DNA of 64,000 bases from Trichosphaerium sp. ATCC 40318 (Eukaryota; Protista; Tubulinea), in contig JALMLS010000149.1 of NCBI GenBank assembly GCA_038496445.1, positions 186,001-250,000 on the forward strand. Direction: 5' to 3'. Made by a program: the position numbers and the translations under genes. Position 1 is the first letter of the stretch. Each line of letters starts with the position of its first letter. A model generated the notes under the pieces. The model saw only the letters and a list, made by a program, of their open reading frames with translations. It searched no databases and was not told the origin of the DNA. Positions 33,820 to 47,092 of the stretch are shown one piece after another.

Positions 33820-36711
33820 TTACTGAAAATCGCCAAAAGGATCATCTTCTTCTCTGGCATCTACCTCCTCCTTCAATAATTCAATCTCCTTTCTAGATAG
33901 TTCATATATCTTTGTAGACTCCTAAAACAATACAATTAATAAACTATACCATAGTAGAAGATAAACACAAAACGGAGCAAAGAAAAAACTAGGTTTAGCG
34001 ATGGCGACAGGATTCGAACCTGCGAGCCCAAGGGCACTTGATTTCTAATCAAGCTGCTTTAACCAGCTGGCTACACCATCTTGCATTTGTTTAAACAGCT
34101 AGACGGACGAGATCCGCCACACAGCAAACAGAGTGCAACAACAACGCATAAAATAAAGAACCAAAACAAACAAACAAAAAAAAAAGAGAAAAAAACAAGA
34201 TACGTACTGGTTCAAATCTGAAAGGTATTTTACCAAGGTCACCCGAAAACCTATTTTTAAGAATATCAAGGTATCTGTAATATTTTCCTTTTTGAATAAT
34301 CATAACATTATCAGCTTCCTGTGTAGCTTTTGCTGTACCAAAAATTGAACTCATTTGTAATGCAGTTTTATCATCCTCTTTACGTGGATGTATAATCAAA
34401 GTAACATGTACTTTATTCTTTGTAGCAAAAGCACGGAAAGTCTCAATAGCTTCATCCATTAAATCAAACTTTGAGATACCTCGTCGCTAAACAAACCATC
34501 AGCAACGCAAACAACGAAAAAACAAAAAAAAAAAAAAAAAAAGCAATAATGTCTCATCAAATAATTTCTTTAACGAACCTGTCCTGATGTCATAAACTGT
34601 AGATTATCAATAATAACATGCTCAACATCATGAGCATAGACTGCATAGTCCATAGCATCAATAACACTATCAACATTTGTTGATCCAAAAAATCTCATCC
34701 AATATATAGGTAAGTTATTAAACTCATCAGCAACATCATCAAACTCGTCTAGATAAGCTTCAAGATCTTTAACAGCAAATTGATATAACATTTTCTTAAT
34801 CAATCGGACATTACTAATCTCAAAACTTCCCCATAAAGTTCGCACATTTTGTTGTGCAAGATCAAGACTTATTTGCGATACAATCTACATCATGACAGTT
34901 AATTTACAAGGAATAATAAGAACAAGCTGTATTCAAGAACGTACAGATGTTTTACCTACACCTGTAGGACCTGTAAGAACAGTTAATTCTCCTTTTCTAT
35001 GACCTTTGAGAATCAAGTTGAGAGAAGGAAGTGCTTTAAATTGAACACCAGCCACTAGGTCTCTAGTTAGCACAAATGCGATACACGACTGATCATATGA
35101 AGTATATCATAGTATAGCGTACCTTGAAGTGGATTAGAGAGTTCGTTCTTAATTTCTGAGCGAAGTTCGTTAAAAGTTGTAATTTCTTTATGAGGAATAA
35201 TTTGAGCGGCTTTAAGCATTTCATTTAAATCTTTTCCCTCTCTTATCGCGTCATTAGCATCTTTAGGTCCTGATACATCACCCATCTTAGTATGAACCAA
35301 GAATACTCTTTCTCGACCCAACTTCTGTGCAAACTTTTGTCCACCTTCTTGTCCTTTGTGATCGTCGTCCATCCACAAGTAAATCTTTTCAAACTTTTCC
35401 AACATTTCAATAACACTTGCTGGTAATGATCCAGCACCATTAGGCAATGATACAGCTGGTTTACCAGTAGCTTGATATACAGCCATAGCATCGAATTCGC
35501 CTTCTGTAATAATAATTTCGGTAGCATCTGTTGGCACTAGATGCCAACCAAACAATCCCATAGCACCTCCTACATACAATCAATAAGCGTGAAAAAAGCA
35601 AAAAGTTATTTTTATGTACCAGCAGGATCAAGACGTTGATGGGCTTTATTTTCTATTGATCTCACTTTAAGACGTATTAATCTACTCTTTACAATCCAAG
35701 GAAATGTTACACATGGCATTTGCTTTGCTAGGAGTACGTAAATACGAGTCTATGTGAAAATGATGGTTTTAAGGCTTCAAAAAAACCGAACATAAAAAAC
35801 CGTACCAATAAGCGATCCATCAGTGTCTACCCATCTGAAAGTATATACTGCAGCACCAACCTTGTATGCAGCAAGTGTTTCTTCAGTTAATGCTCTTTTT
35901 TCGAGTAAGTACTGCTTGATACTAACAGCGTATTCTTTCTCAGCATTATTTAAGTTTGCAACAGATAATTGAAGTTTCTCTTCGTTAGGTAATACTGCAG
36001 CATCCTCTGGCTTTCCTTCTGGAAGAGAACGAGCAGCAGATGGTAACAAAGCTTTTTGTAAATCAAACCTAAAAAATAATGTCAAACAACGCATGCATGC
36101 ATGACACAAAGAAAGAGAGAAAATAAACGAAAAAAAAAAAGAAGGTTGACAAATAAATTTCACATTTTGACACTTACCATGATCCCTTAGCTTGACAACG
36201 CTGACAAAAGTATGTACCACTCTGTCTTTGTACATATAGCTTCCATTGGTTATCATGGCGATCCTTAGTATCGTGACAGAAGGGACAATGGAGCAATACA
36301 ATTTCCTACATCTTTTTTAGTTTAATTTCGTATTTCGTGCGTTTTTGTTGGTTTCTCTGTCCCCCACGCGCTTACCTTTCCATCGCTACCCACTTTATCC
36401 TTGTGTATGACATTATGCTTTTTTAAAAAAGAAGGAATCTTTTCTGGGTCGTCTGTGCGGTAGTGCGATGATACAAATGTATCAGAAGTGGCGTTGTTTC
36501 GATATTTTTTTGAGGCGCCGCTGTGTTGCTGAAAATGCCTCAAAGCATTACGTGGTACATATTTATGCGTTAAACAAGCGCTATGGTCGTGCTGGCATTT
36601 AGTTGGTTTTGTAAACGTTTTGTACTCCCTACGCAGTTGTGTACGCGCTCGTGCCTGCGTATGTACGGTATTGAGGACTGAAAAACTTGTATTCAAACGA
36701 AGGAAAGCCAT
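33820..36711 (-). CDS. TWNK: Twinkle-type mitochondrial primase-helicase
   Basis: Zn finger [24 protein letters not shown] / LWMDDD / KDAND, helicase [46 protein letters not shown]; N-terminal mitochondrial-targeting-like sequence. Confidence 0.93.
33999..34080 (-). tRNA. tRNA-Ser (anticodon AGA), within the last intron of Twinkle
   Basis: 82-nt cloverleaf: acceptor GATGGTG/CGCCATC + G73, anticodon arm CTTGA-TTAGAAA-TCAAG, long variable arm GCCC-TT-GGGC, T-loop TTCGAAT. A T6 Pol III terminator follows at 33983-33988. Confidence 0.95.
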
Positions 36712-37045
36712 CAATACAACATTAAACTCACAAAAAAAAAAGACTAAGTCTGTAATAGTAAAACGGCTCGTTCTTTCTCCAAATTCTACTTCTGAACGAA
36801 TAGAGTGCGTTTATGCAATAAACTGTAACTTTGTATCATGTTGAGCCACACCAAGCACTTTGTTACGTGGTAACGAAGATCGTGAGTGTAAAACGCTTTC
36901 CCTTACGCGCAGCAATTCGAAAATGGGTAATTGACAAGCTGTCACTTTTTGACATTTTCACCTTTTAAACTTGTTTACGTCTGAGTTGCGGCACTGTCAC
37001 CTTGTGATTGAGCGAGGTATATACATCTAGATTTTTATTGAATAT

Positions 37046-38908
37046 TTACAACTTCGATACTGGATATGCTCTATCCAATAACATCTTTGCTTGCTTTAAA
37101 TCTATTTGATCAACTGATGTTTTACCATCACAAAGTTGATGAATGATTTTATCGTTTGTTATCCCTTTCGCGTATGCATCTCTATATTTGATATTACTAA
37201 AAGATACCCACTCATATCGTGACCTGAAAGACAAGCATGTTAATTAGAAATATCACAACAAAGAACAAGAAAAAATAATTCAAAAATCATTGAAAAAAAA
37301 ATGACGTACCGGAACTGGTTTGGAAATTTACGACCTAACAAGTCCATGACCTGCTTATGAAAACGGAAAGTATCATCAGCAACCTAAAGTGACGTCAAAA
37401 TATATACACACGTGGTACACAAACCTTATCCCTCATTTCAATATAATTTTCATGAGCCATATCTGCAATTGCATCACAATTTGTCTTTCTCAAATGCTGA
37501 TACTCCAATAGCGCCTCATCAATATTTGCCATACCATACTTTTTAAGTACATCATCAACTACAGTAACATCCTCAAAAGCACAGTTCATGCCTTGACCAA
37601 AGAAAGGTACAATCGCATGAGCAGCATCACCTGAAAAAAAATATTAAATTTCAATAGCGCAATCTCAAACGCTTTAAACAAACAAGAACGCACCCATTAG
37701 AAGGGTTCTAGGAGCTATATTATAAGGAAAGCATCTCACTGTTACCATTGTGCCAACAGGGTTATCTTTATAGTCTTGCAGTAAATCTGGCATGAGAGGA
37801 ACAATATCTGGGTATTGTGTAGTAAAAAAAGACAACACCTAAAAAACATTCAGTGATTACTTTTACACTTTCGAATATACTAACAGCTTTCTCACTATTG
37901 AGCGTATCAAAAGCAACGTCACCATTTCTAGATGAGCGTAAAGGCATAAATAACGTCACAGTAAAGCTTCCATCCATGTTAGGCAACGCAATCATCATAT
38001 AGGTCCCTCTAGGTAACGCGTTAATATTAAGAAGCTTAAGAATATTTATTGCCATCAAGATACCTTGGCCATATATGTAGTGTATTTACAGCTATTTGAT
38101 GTTTTCCATCCTTTCCAGGAGGTATTGTGAGCTCCTTAAAACAAATGTCAGATGAGAAATATTGGTCGTTAAATAAAAAAACTGAGACTAACTTTGTATC
38201 CGTGAGTGCTAAATAACTGAGAATAATTGAACTCAGGAGCGTTTATGAAGGATCCTCTACAAGCAGAAAAAGCGCCTACGTTTGAAGAATTAGAGTGGTA
38301 CTTCATGTAGAGATGAGCTGTACCATCGGCAGCGAAGAGTGTGTTGTATCTGGTGGAATCCTTATTTTTGAAATTTAATGCCTTAGAACGCCTGTCAATG
38401 CCACTCAAGATGCTGTTAAAGTGGAATTTTGCACCGGCACGTTCGGCTTGGTTAATTAGTAACAAATTTAACCCGCCTCGTGAAATACTGTAGATAGCAT
38501 CTGTGTTAGTGGCGGAATAGCTCTGGTACACTGTTGATCCATCTGACAGGTGTTACTCCGATTGTTTACAGAATAGACAGTTGGAAGCCAACTGCTTACG
38601 TACTGAGTTCGTGGATGGTGCGTCCTCTCATTGGTATGCATAACGCTTCAAAGTCTTTTTCAGGGACGCCAGCACGCAACAAAGCCGTTTTTCCGCGTGT
38701 TGAGAGCGCCAAGTTAATAGACCGTCCACCTTCGATGGTTTCTACTCTTGTTAAAGATTGCTTGTCACGTAAGAATTCTAAACCGACGTTACGTGCCTTT
38801 TCTTGGATCCCCACGACGTTCATAGACGTTTACACTGACATTGTATCTATTAGCAAGCAAGGTTGCCAATAGACTGCCACATAATCCAGCGCCAACTATG
38901 CAATCCAT
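37046..38908 (-). CDS. KMO: Kynurenine 3-monooxygenase
   Basis: [86 protein letters not shown]. Confidence 0.93.
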
Positions 38909-39031
38909 GTGTTGTGATTGCGGCGTTAATAGAATGAAATGCAAGTTAAAACTCAAACTTAGACTCGAACTATTGAGACTTTTTACGCAAGAAAAACCAC
39001 ATTTGACTATCGACTTATACCGAGAGTAAAC

Positions 39032-39761
39032 ATGGCAACTCGTGCTTCTGTTCACCTCTCTAAGCTATTGCTTGGTAGAGCGAGCGCTATGGCTAGCAGA
39101 GGAGCTGTTCTTCCTCGCCGCAGCGGCCACAGTGTTTGGGACCACCACATTGATCAACCTGGTTTTGTACGTACTTTAGAGTGTTTTCAATATTTTATAG
39201 CGCTAACTGAAGTAGTCTGCCCCAGTTTACTGGACATCAAAGAAACATGCATTTTGGATCATGTTCAGTACCATTTATTGGTATGCCCTTCCATTCACCT
39301 ACCTCAACTTAATGTTGCGCGAAAAATATCCTACCTGAAACAATTTAAACTCCCACGCCAGTCACAAGTTTTTGTGGTTGGTGAGAATAACAATTTTTTT
39401 ATTTTTTGAACAACGCTTTTGTACCTTTCCTTGACTCTCAAACGTACAAATACGCCAAATGGGAACTCAACGAGGGTGATATGAGACACAGCGCATACCA
39501 AAACAAAGAGTTGGTTTGGCAACAACCTGGTAAGCTAAATAAACGCGTTATTTGGCTCTATGAGACGCTAAATATTATCTAGAATGGGACCCAAGAAACG
39601 CTGTCCTACAAAGAGGTAGTTGCGAAGAGTCTTTTGGTGATATGGAGGTTCCTCAATACAACTTTATGGATTACGAAGATTGTCGCGAAATTGACGCTTT
39701 GATGAAGCGTACACCACCAAAGAAACGCGACTGGTGGCAACCACATCGCCTCGCTTATTAA
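39032..39761 (+). CDS. Small mitochondrial-targeted single-TM protein of unknown function; contains an AT-AC intron
   Basis: Arg/Ser/Ala-rich N-terminus and a hydrophobic segment AFWIMFSTIYWYALPFTYLNLML. The frame stays open only if 39326-39443 is removed. Confidence 0.7.
39326..39443 (+). other. U12-type AT-AC intron
   Basis: 5' ATATCCTA, branch TTTCCTTGAC (39426-39435), 3' AAAC. Splicing gives in-frame GAA AA|G TAC AAA TAC. Confidence 0.8.
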
Positions 39762-40095
39762 ACGGCAAGGAGAGCGCCTCTGTACATTTGCCTAAACAGC
39801 AAATTTCATCACATTTTTTTGCGATGTATTTTCGTTCAATCGACATGTAGAACCTTTATTTTAATGTACATTGTATTCAGGCCCTTTATTCTTTATGTTC
39901 TCACATTCAGTCTCTGTGTTGAGCTCAATACGCTCTTTTTTGTAATTTTTTTCGTTGATTGAGCGTGGTAACGTACACACTATGATTTAGCTCGTGTTGT
40001 GAGCGCATTGATGACTCTGCAGAATTCCTTCAAAAGTCAAACAATGTTTTATTATTTTGTAAACAGCAATTTGCCAATAAAGTTCGCTGCTTGTA

Positions 40096-41362
40096 ATGGA
40101 CAGCGTAACCATAACCTTGAAGAATCCTTCAAACTCAATAGCAGACTTCACAACAGTTCGCCTATTAACGAGCACAGTTGGCGAGCTAAAGGCGGAAATA
40201 CACCAAAACCACCCGCAAAAGCCCGAAGCTTCCCTTCAACGCATCATTTTCTCCGGAAAACTGCTACGAGACAATCAAACGCTCAAAGACATCCTCAAAC
40301 AAGTACGTACCTTGTTGGTGACTCATCAATTACGAAAAAAATTAGCTTACGTGTAATAGCATGATATAACCGGTACACAAGTGTTTCATCTCATTATAAA
40401 GCCAAAACCACAAGCCGCACGCCCTCAAGAAAATAGGTAAATAAAAAACCCAAAAAAAATATGACACTTACGCTTATGGACTCCTTTAGGCCTCTAGAAT
40501 GGAACAACGTTCAGCAGAACAGAAATCCAAACCAAATGTTTAACATGAACGCAAACGCAGCCTTTCCACCAAATCAAGGGTTTGGTGCAGCTGTACCACC
40601 GCCACAATTTAGAAATGGAGCGCAGTATCCCGGATATTGGGCACCTGGTGGTCATCAACAACGGTTTAATCCACCATGGCAATTTCAAGGCCAACGAAAT
40701 CAAATGAACCCTGGCTTTCCTGGACAGCAGAATCCAATGAATCCTGGGTTTCCTGGACAACGACAAGGTATTCCTGGACAACAGCAATTTCCAATGCAAA
40801 GAGGTCAACAACAAAGAAATCCACAACAACAGGCTGGTATCAATTGGTCACTTATTTTTAAATTATTCTTGCTTGTCTATATCTTCCAACAAGGTGGTTC
40901 TACAATGCGCACTCTTCTTTTAGTGGTTGCAGCCGCTTTGATTTACTTGTACGTTTATCACTACCACGTGATAACCTCTCTTACAGCTAAAAACCATTTA
41001 ATCTAATGTTTCTTTTTAGTTATCAGACTGGACGTTTTCAGATGCGATTTGTTGTGTTTAGAGGAGGTGCTCAGGCAATGCCTGCAAGGCCAGCTGATAA
41101 CAGACCTCAACCAGCGCAAAACGATCAACCAGCACAAAATGACGCAGTGCCTGGCGCCCAACCAGCCAACCCTCCCCATCCAATACGACCGGGCGCAGTA
41201 CAACCTACAAGTATTGGTGGAGAAGTTATATCATTTGTTTTAACCTTTTTTCAATCATTGTTTCCTAGCTGGGAACCGCCTCCATTTATACCACCACAGC
41301 AACCACAAAACATTCCTGTGAATGACCAGAATATGGCAGAAGATGACATTCCTGAGCACTAA
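40096..41362 (+). CDS. HERP-like ubiquitin-like-domain membrane protein
   Basis: UBL TVGELKAEIHQNHPQKPEASLQRIIFSGKLLRD, Q/P/G-rich linker, TM LIFKLFLLVYIF, C-terminal TFFQSLFP. Confidence 0.8.
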
Positions 41363-41598
41363 GTTGCATTGTAAAAAAAAAAAACTATATGTACAACTCC
41401 AATAATAAGATTTAACGTAAAAAATCTAAGGTCTTGCTTGAGGAGATTTCATAACGACTAAAAGGTGTACACTGTACTCCAATGCCATGTTAACGCTGTG
41501 AGGGATAGGTCAAGGCGTACAACATCAAACGAGTTTTCAGAAAACGTAAGGAAGTCCGTTGAATTTTTTTTATTCTATTACAGACTAGGCAAGCAACA

Positions 41599-44070
41599 AT
41601 GAGCGAAGATAAAACAATCAAACTTACACTGAGGTCGCCAAAACACGGAGGTAAGCATGAGACTGATGAGAGGTTTTTTGTGTTTATTATTTTAAGATTT
41701 CGAGTGTGATGTCCCTGAAAATATGACTATTACAGATTTCAAGGTGCGTGCGTTCGTCTGCAACGTTTTAAATAACGGTTCTAATTCTATTGCAGCAATT
41801 TCTTGAAAAGAATCATCCACAGACCCCAGATCCTCTAGCGCAGGTATTATCATAACTCATGCGTAACAAAAGCGTCTTTCTTTTCTAACACCAACATAGA
41901 AGATACTATTCATGGGTAAACTGCTTGAGGAGGGAGAAAACAACACTCTAAAGAAAGCCCTAAACGTACGTTGTTTTTACAGGTACAACTATTGACAACC
42001 GCAGTTAGAAGAGAATAAGGAGTTGCCAATACTTCATTTCTGGATCATTCAACAGGTACGAACAAACCTATGCTTTAAAGACACTGACAACTATTTAGTT
42101 GGTCGACTGTCGTCTTGGACGCGCGTACACGCCGCCAAAAGAAGCCAACGACGATGATGAACGTCCAGCTAAATGGTATTGCTAATTTTCGTTTAAAAGC
42201 AATAGGTGTACCTCTGCTAACCTTCTTAATAGGTTAGACGTTGCTTCAAAACAATTAGAACGTAATACAGTTACATCACTGGACATATCAAACAAAAAGG
42301 TAAGTTGAGCACGTGAAGTTACTTTTTTAACGTACCCAAAGGTTGGCCCTGTCCGCATGTTGCGTCTTAGTGTACCTATGGCACTAAACAAAACACTCAC
42401 TCATTTGAATATCATGGCTAATGCGATAGGACCAGAGGGTACCATCAAATTGTTTTAAAACTACTACAAAAATTACTTGAATCTTTTCTAATGCTTTCTT
42501 ATCAGGATGTAAAACTCTTGCTGTAGCAATTGCTAGACATCCTACGCTAAAAGTACTTGACGTTGGATGTAACGGTGTACTTAGTGATGGCTGTGCCGTA
42601 TGTTTATCTTAGTTTCTTGAATAGTGTTGCTCACTTTGCGTTAGTCACTTGCTGTTGGTATTGCCATGAATAACAGTATTAAAGTGTTGTCATTATACAA
42701 CAATAATATAGGCGCTGAAGGAGTGAGGAACTTATCGTACGCACCTGTGTTTGCTTGTTAGTACTCACATAGTGAACAGAGCAGCATTGGCAATAAACAA
42801 TACTATAGAAGAATTGTATCTTGGTGCTAATGCTCTTGGTGACGAAGGAGCTAAAGGTAAAGTAGATTTTACTTTGCAATTATCTTATTTAACATTCTAC
42901 AATAGCTGTCGCGGATATACTCCTTACAAACAAGGGACTACATACTCTATCTCTTGTATCAAACGCCATCACTGATGAAAGCGCACAGAGGTACTAAGAG
43001 ACCTCTTTTATGGTCACAGTCTGTCTAATGAACCCTTAGTTTATTGATAAATTTAACGCGTCATCCAAAGCTAACAACGCTAATGCTTAACTCTAATAAT
43101 GTGAGCCCTGGTATTGTTCAAAGTATAAATGTTATTCTGCAAAATCCTGAAGGTAGAGTTCAACAAACAGCTCTTCCAGCTGTTGTACCAGTTGCATCAG
43201 TGCCTTCAACAGAACCTAAAGTAAAGAGACAACGTGTGAATATTTCTCCATTGGCAACAACAGTCGTGCCTTTGAAAAATATTACACCTACTAGGACTGG
43301 CCCAATAAGTACAAAAATGAAGGCGTTCAGACGTATTTATGATTCTAAGGCAAGAAAACTTTGATTTTGGTGTTCAAATTTGTTAACTCATGCTGTATAG
43401 GTCCGAAAAGAAGTTAACTTGAAAGTCATGACAACACTCATAAGGACGTTGCATGTCATTGTTAAGAATGCTCTTGAACACCCAGATGAGCCAAAATACC
43501 TAAGGTAAATATTTCCTAATGTTTGTATAGTTTTCTCATAACATTCTGTTTTAGGATTCCAGGTGGCGAAGGAAAAAAGTAAAGAAAACTTGAAAAAAAC
43601 CCACGTAGCTTACCTGTTTTTGTAGATTTCACCAAAACGTTATAACTCGTAAAGGTGGATTGGAGTTTGTTATTGCTCTTGGTATACGAAAACGTACTGA
43701 AGTACGTTTGATGATTAAAGTTTGTGCAAAAAAGCTAATTTTTTTTTTTTGAAGAATGGTGCTGTTTTCTGGGTTATTGATCCATCAAAACCTAATAACT
43801 TGCATGCATTGCAAGAAGGACTTTCTTTGTTATCCGAGAAGAAGGGAATCCTGGAAGATAGAGTAAAGGCGTACGATTTTTTTTGTTTTTTTTTTCAACC
43901 TTTTTTTATTTGACTTGGTAATCTTTTGTTATACTTGTGCTAATCATGTTTTATATAGAGCAACTGTTGCGCCACAAAAAAAGAAAATTCAAGATAAGAT
44001 AAGAGCGGAAGTTGCTTTAGCTAGATTTCAAGAGGATAGAGAGGATCGTGCTAGGTTTGACAGCAAGTAG
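41599..44070 (+). CDS. UBL + RI-type LRR + PUB-like domain protein
   Basis: UBL (EKNHPQTPDPLAQKILFMGKLLEE), LRRs (TLTHLNIMANAIGPEG; TIEELYLGANALGDEGA), PUB-like (IVKNALEHPDEPKYLRI..GGLEFVIALG); many short introns. Confidence 0.75.
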
Positions 44071-44173
44071 TATCTTTACGAACAAAAAGTCTAACTCGGC
44101 TGTAAATAAAAAAAATCGCCAAATAATGGTGGTATAACAATGCGTTGTAGTATTCAATTGTTTTGTACTGTTT

Positions 44174-45488
44174 TTAAATATCCAAATCATCATCTGGGTC
44201 GTCCTACAAGTCTTTTAAGAAAAAACGTTTTAGTTTGTTTATGTGTACATCAAATAAATCGTCGTCATCGTCATCTGATGGATAACTGACTTCAGTAGCT
44301 TTTAAAAGAAGTGAGTTAAAAATTGTTATGCTTCTCTTTGAAATGTCTTACTTTGTCCTTGATGAATGTAAGGTAGCTCTACTTTGCTCTTCGCCTCTTT
44401 TTGCTCATCTGTGAGTAATACATTGAATGTTAAGTTTGACGCTGGGTTTGCTTCCTTTTTTGTTGAAGTAGCGAGCTCCTTCTCCATCTGTGGTGTGAGG
44501 AATATGGTTTCTCCGTTTTTTATTTGTGCGTGTACGCGCTACATCAACTCTGAGTTTAGAAAGGTTAACACAATAATTTAACGTACGTTCCTGGTTGCGC
44601 GGCCTGATTTCCTCTTTGTAATAATTTCGTACGCTCCATCTATCCTTGTACCTGCTGACAGGGGCGGTGTAATTACATTAATAATAGTCCTAGAAATACT
44701 CTCCATTGCCTGTAAAGTGTCAAATGAAAAATGTTTAACAGACGGTTTTTCTTTAATCAAAACGGACCTTTATAGTTGCTTCTGTGTGTAGGTCACGATG
44801 AAGTATTGCTATAATAGAAGAATAACCTGGTTGTATAGCTGTTATGGTAGCCAACAATTTCATAACCTCGTGAGTGCTGAATCGCAGCAACAAGTCACTA
44901 AGGGTATTGATAACAAGTGGGTTTTCGGAGCCAACTAGTGTCGTTTAGAACAACCAAACTTCGTTTTTTTCATCATACCCTTGATGGCTTTCACAATAGA
45001 TGATTCTAACTCTTAGGTAGGCGTCAGCGAACATCAAAAGTAAAACGGTTGTACCATCCAAGCTAGACACATTTGTGCACTCTACGCGCCTTACTTTACT
45101 CTCTCGTTTACCTGCTGGTGAGCCCTAGTAATGTGTTACAGCTGTCTGAAAAAAAAAAGTGTACCCATCCTAAAGGATCGCTATTCGCGTCTATGTTTGT
45201 AGTATCCAACAGAGGCGACGAAAAACCCTTCAATGGCCTCGAGAAATTCCAATGGGTACAATGGCTGTCCAGGTATGGTCAATTAACAATTGATCGTGAT
45301 GTTCTTACGTTACAGATACTAGTTCTTGCCATTGCTTGTTGAAGAATTGTAATAAGTCTCCTGACTATAATTTGTGTTAAAAATGAGTACTGTTTGCCAC
45401 GACGTACGCTATGTGTAAAGGTGTCCGTTATTAGAATGAAATTTGAAGCGAACACTTTGCCTTTAGCCAATTGTTTTAAAGTTGTCAT
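44174..45488 (-). CDS. ELP5: Elongator complex subunit 5
   Basis: FILITDTF, DANSDPLGW, PASNLTFNVLLTDEQKEAKSRATLPY, terminal DPDDDLDI*. Confidence 0.8.
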
Positions 45489-45842
45489 ATTTCGCTGTAA
45501 CTATTCCAAAAGGAGGTCGGGAAGTGATTATTGTTTCGCAAAAAGAGTATTTTATCGGTTTTCGTCAACAGTGTTATTTTGCCAAATTAAAAATAGACCC
45601 TAAACGAAGTATCAAGCTCATCAACACTTTTTCCGGTATATACTCGAACAAAAAACCGCAAAATACCGACCCACATCCAAGTTTTACAAAAACGATGAAC
45701 GCAAACGGCAATTCACTGACTTTAGCTTTCCACAACAACAACAGACCAAGTACAGATTTGCGCAACAGGTCAGGCGGTTTTTATTAGCATACAACCTACT
45801 GACAAAGCAAATAATAGGCACGAATTAAACTGTTCAACGGAA

Positions 45843-46605
45843 ATGTACGCACCACATCGTCTCAGTGCAGGCCCGTACGCCGTCTCAGGCGAATCAGAGT
45901 TGAGAGGTGACTCTCGGGATGCATTGGAAGACTCCACGTTAGTTTTCGCTGGAGAGTTCAGCGACACAGAGCTAGAGATGTCTAGTGATGATAGTGTAGA
46001 CGGAGTACCTTCCATCAACCGCGCTCCTGATCAAAACGATTTTGAATGCAGTATTTGTGTAAGGATGCTATACATGCCGGTTACAACGGTTTGTGGTGCG
46101 TAAATAATTTAGGTTTAACTGTAATTCGCCATTTATCTTTTTCTGGAGTTGTAGTGTCTGTAAACGCGCTATGACTCCGCTACATTGCGATTTTAAAGTT
46201 ATTAACTTGAGTAGGGCACACTTTTTGTAAGTATTGCTTGAAAAAGTCGCTAGAATATCAACCAAGCTGCCCGCTGTGCAGACACAAGCTAACATCCGAA
46301 TTTGCGACAAATTATTTGCTACAAGGGTTTATCGGTAAAACCTTTCCAGAAGAAACTGAAGTACTCCGCCGAGAGCACGAGGAGATGTTACTAGAAAGTG
46401 CTAAACCAGACCCACAAGTACGCTATAACTTTATAACGCAATGTGAGTTTCGTTGACGCTTGTTTTAGATAATAGCGGCTGGGCCTCCCGAAGACGAACC
46501 ACCATGCGATTGGCTTACAAACTGTGGATTTTGTGGTATCTACGTGACATAACTTATATAAAAACGCCAAAAGTGACTGCGGTGTGTACCATAGACGCAA
46601 TGTAA
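45843..46605 (+). CDS. RING-finger (C3HC4) E3-ligase-like protein
   Basis: FECSICVRMLYMPVTTVC|GHTFCKYCLKKSL..SCPLCR; 3' end uncertain. Confidence 0.8.
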
Positions 46606-47092
46606 TTAATATATGTAGCTGTTTTAAACTTTTGCGCTCTTGCGACGAGTGATTGCCAATTCATGGTGCAGCAACATTCAATAGGTTCCAGCAGAACATA
46701 TATTCACGTAGAGCGAAAAAACGCGAAGCTTCAACGAAATGCACACGTCGAAAATGCCGATATTCGCCTCAAAGCTTATCATTGCCGTGTGGCAATTGCC
46801 ACTGCCGTAGAAAATGGCGGACAATTTATTTAAGTAAGGTTATCTCAGAAACAGGCTAAGAGTGGTCTTATTGGCGGCTAGGTTGAGAATTTGTAGGTGC
46901 TGCTGTTGATACCATCAGAAACATACTGTTAGTAGGTGCAAGTAGCGGACTCAGTTTTTTAAAAGTTCACGTGCCAAAAATTAGTTGCAACTCGTTTCGG
47001 TGATTGATGCTAGCTCATTTTGAATAGTACGAAAAAACGTGTTGTGTTTTGTTTCAGTGAGAAATTTGTTTACACTATTCACCAAACAAATC

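Noticed and set aside
40690-40790. Repeated ATGAAYCCTGGNTTTCCTGGACA units
   Set aside because: Coding low-complexity repeats (MNPGFPGQ) in the HERP-like protein, not CRISPR or a mobile repeat.
1-46605. Proteostasis/ERAD 'cluster' (Erlin, Hsp70s, J-protein, ENGase, F-boxes, HERP-like, PUB, RING)
   Set aside because: These are large, common families interspersed with unrelated genes; there is no evidence of co-regulation beyond chance.
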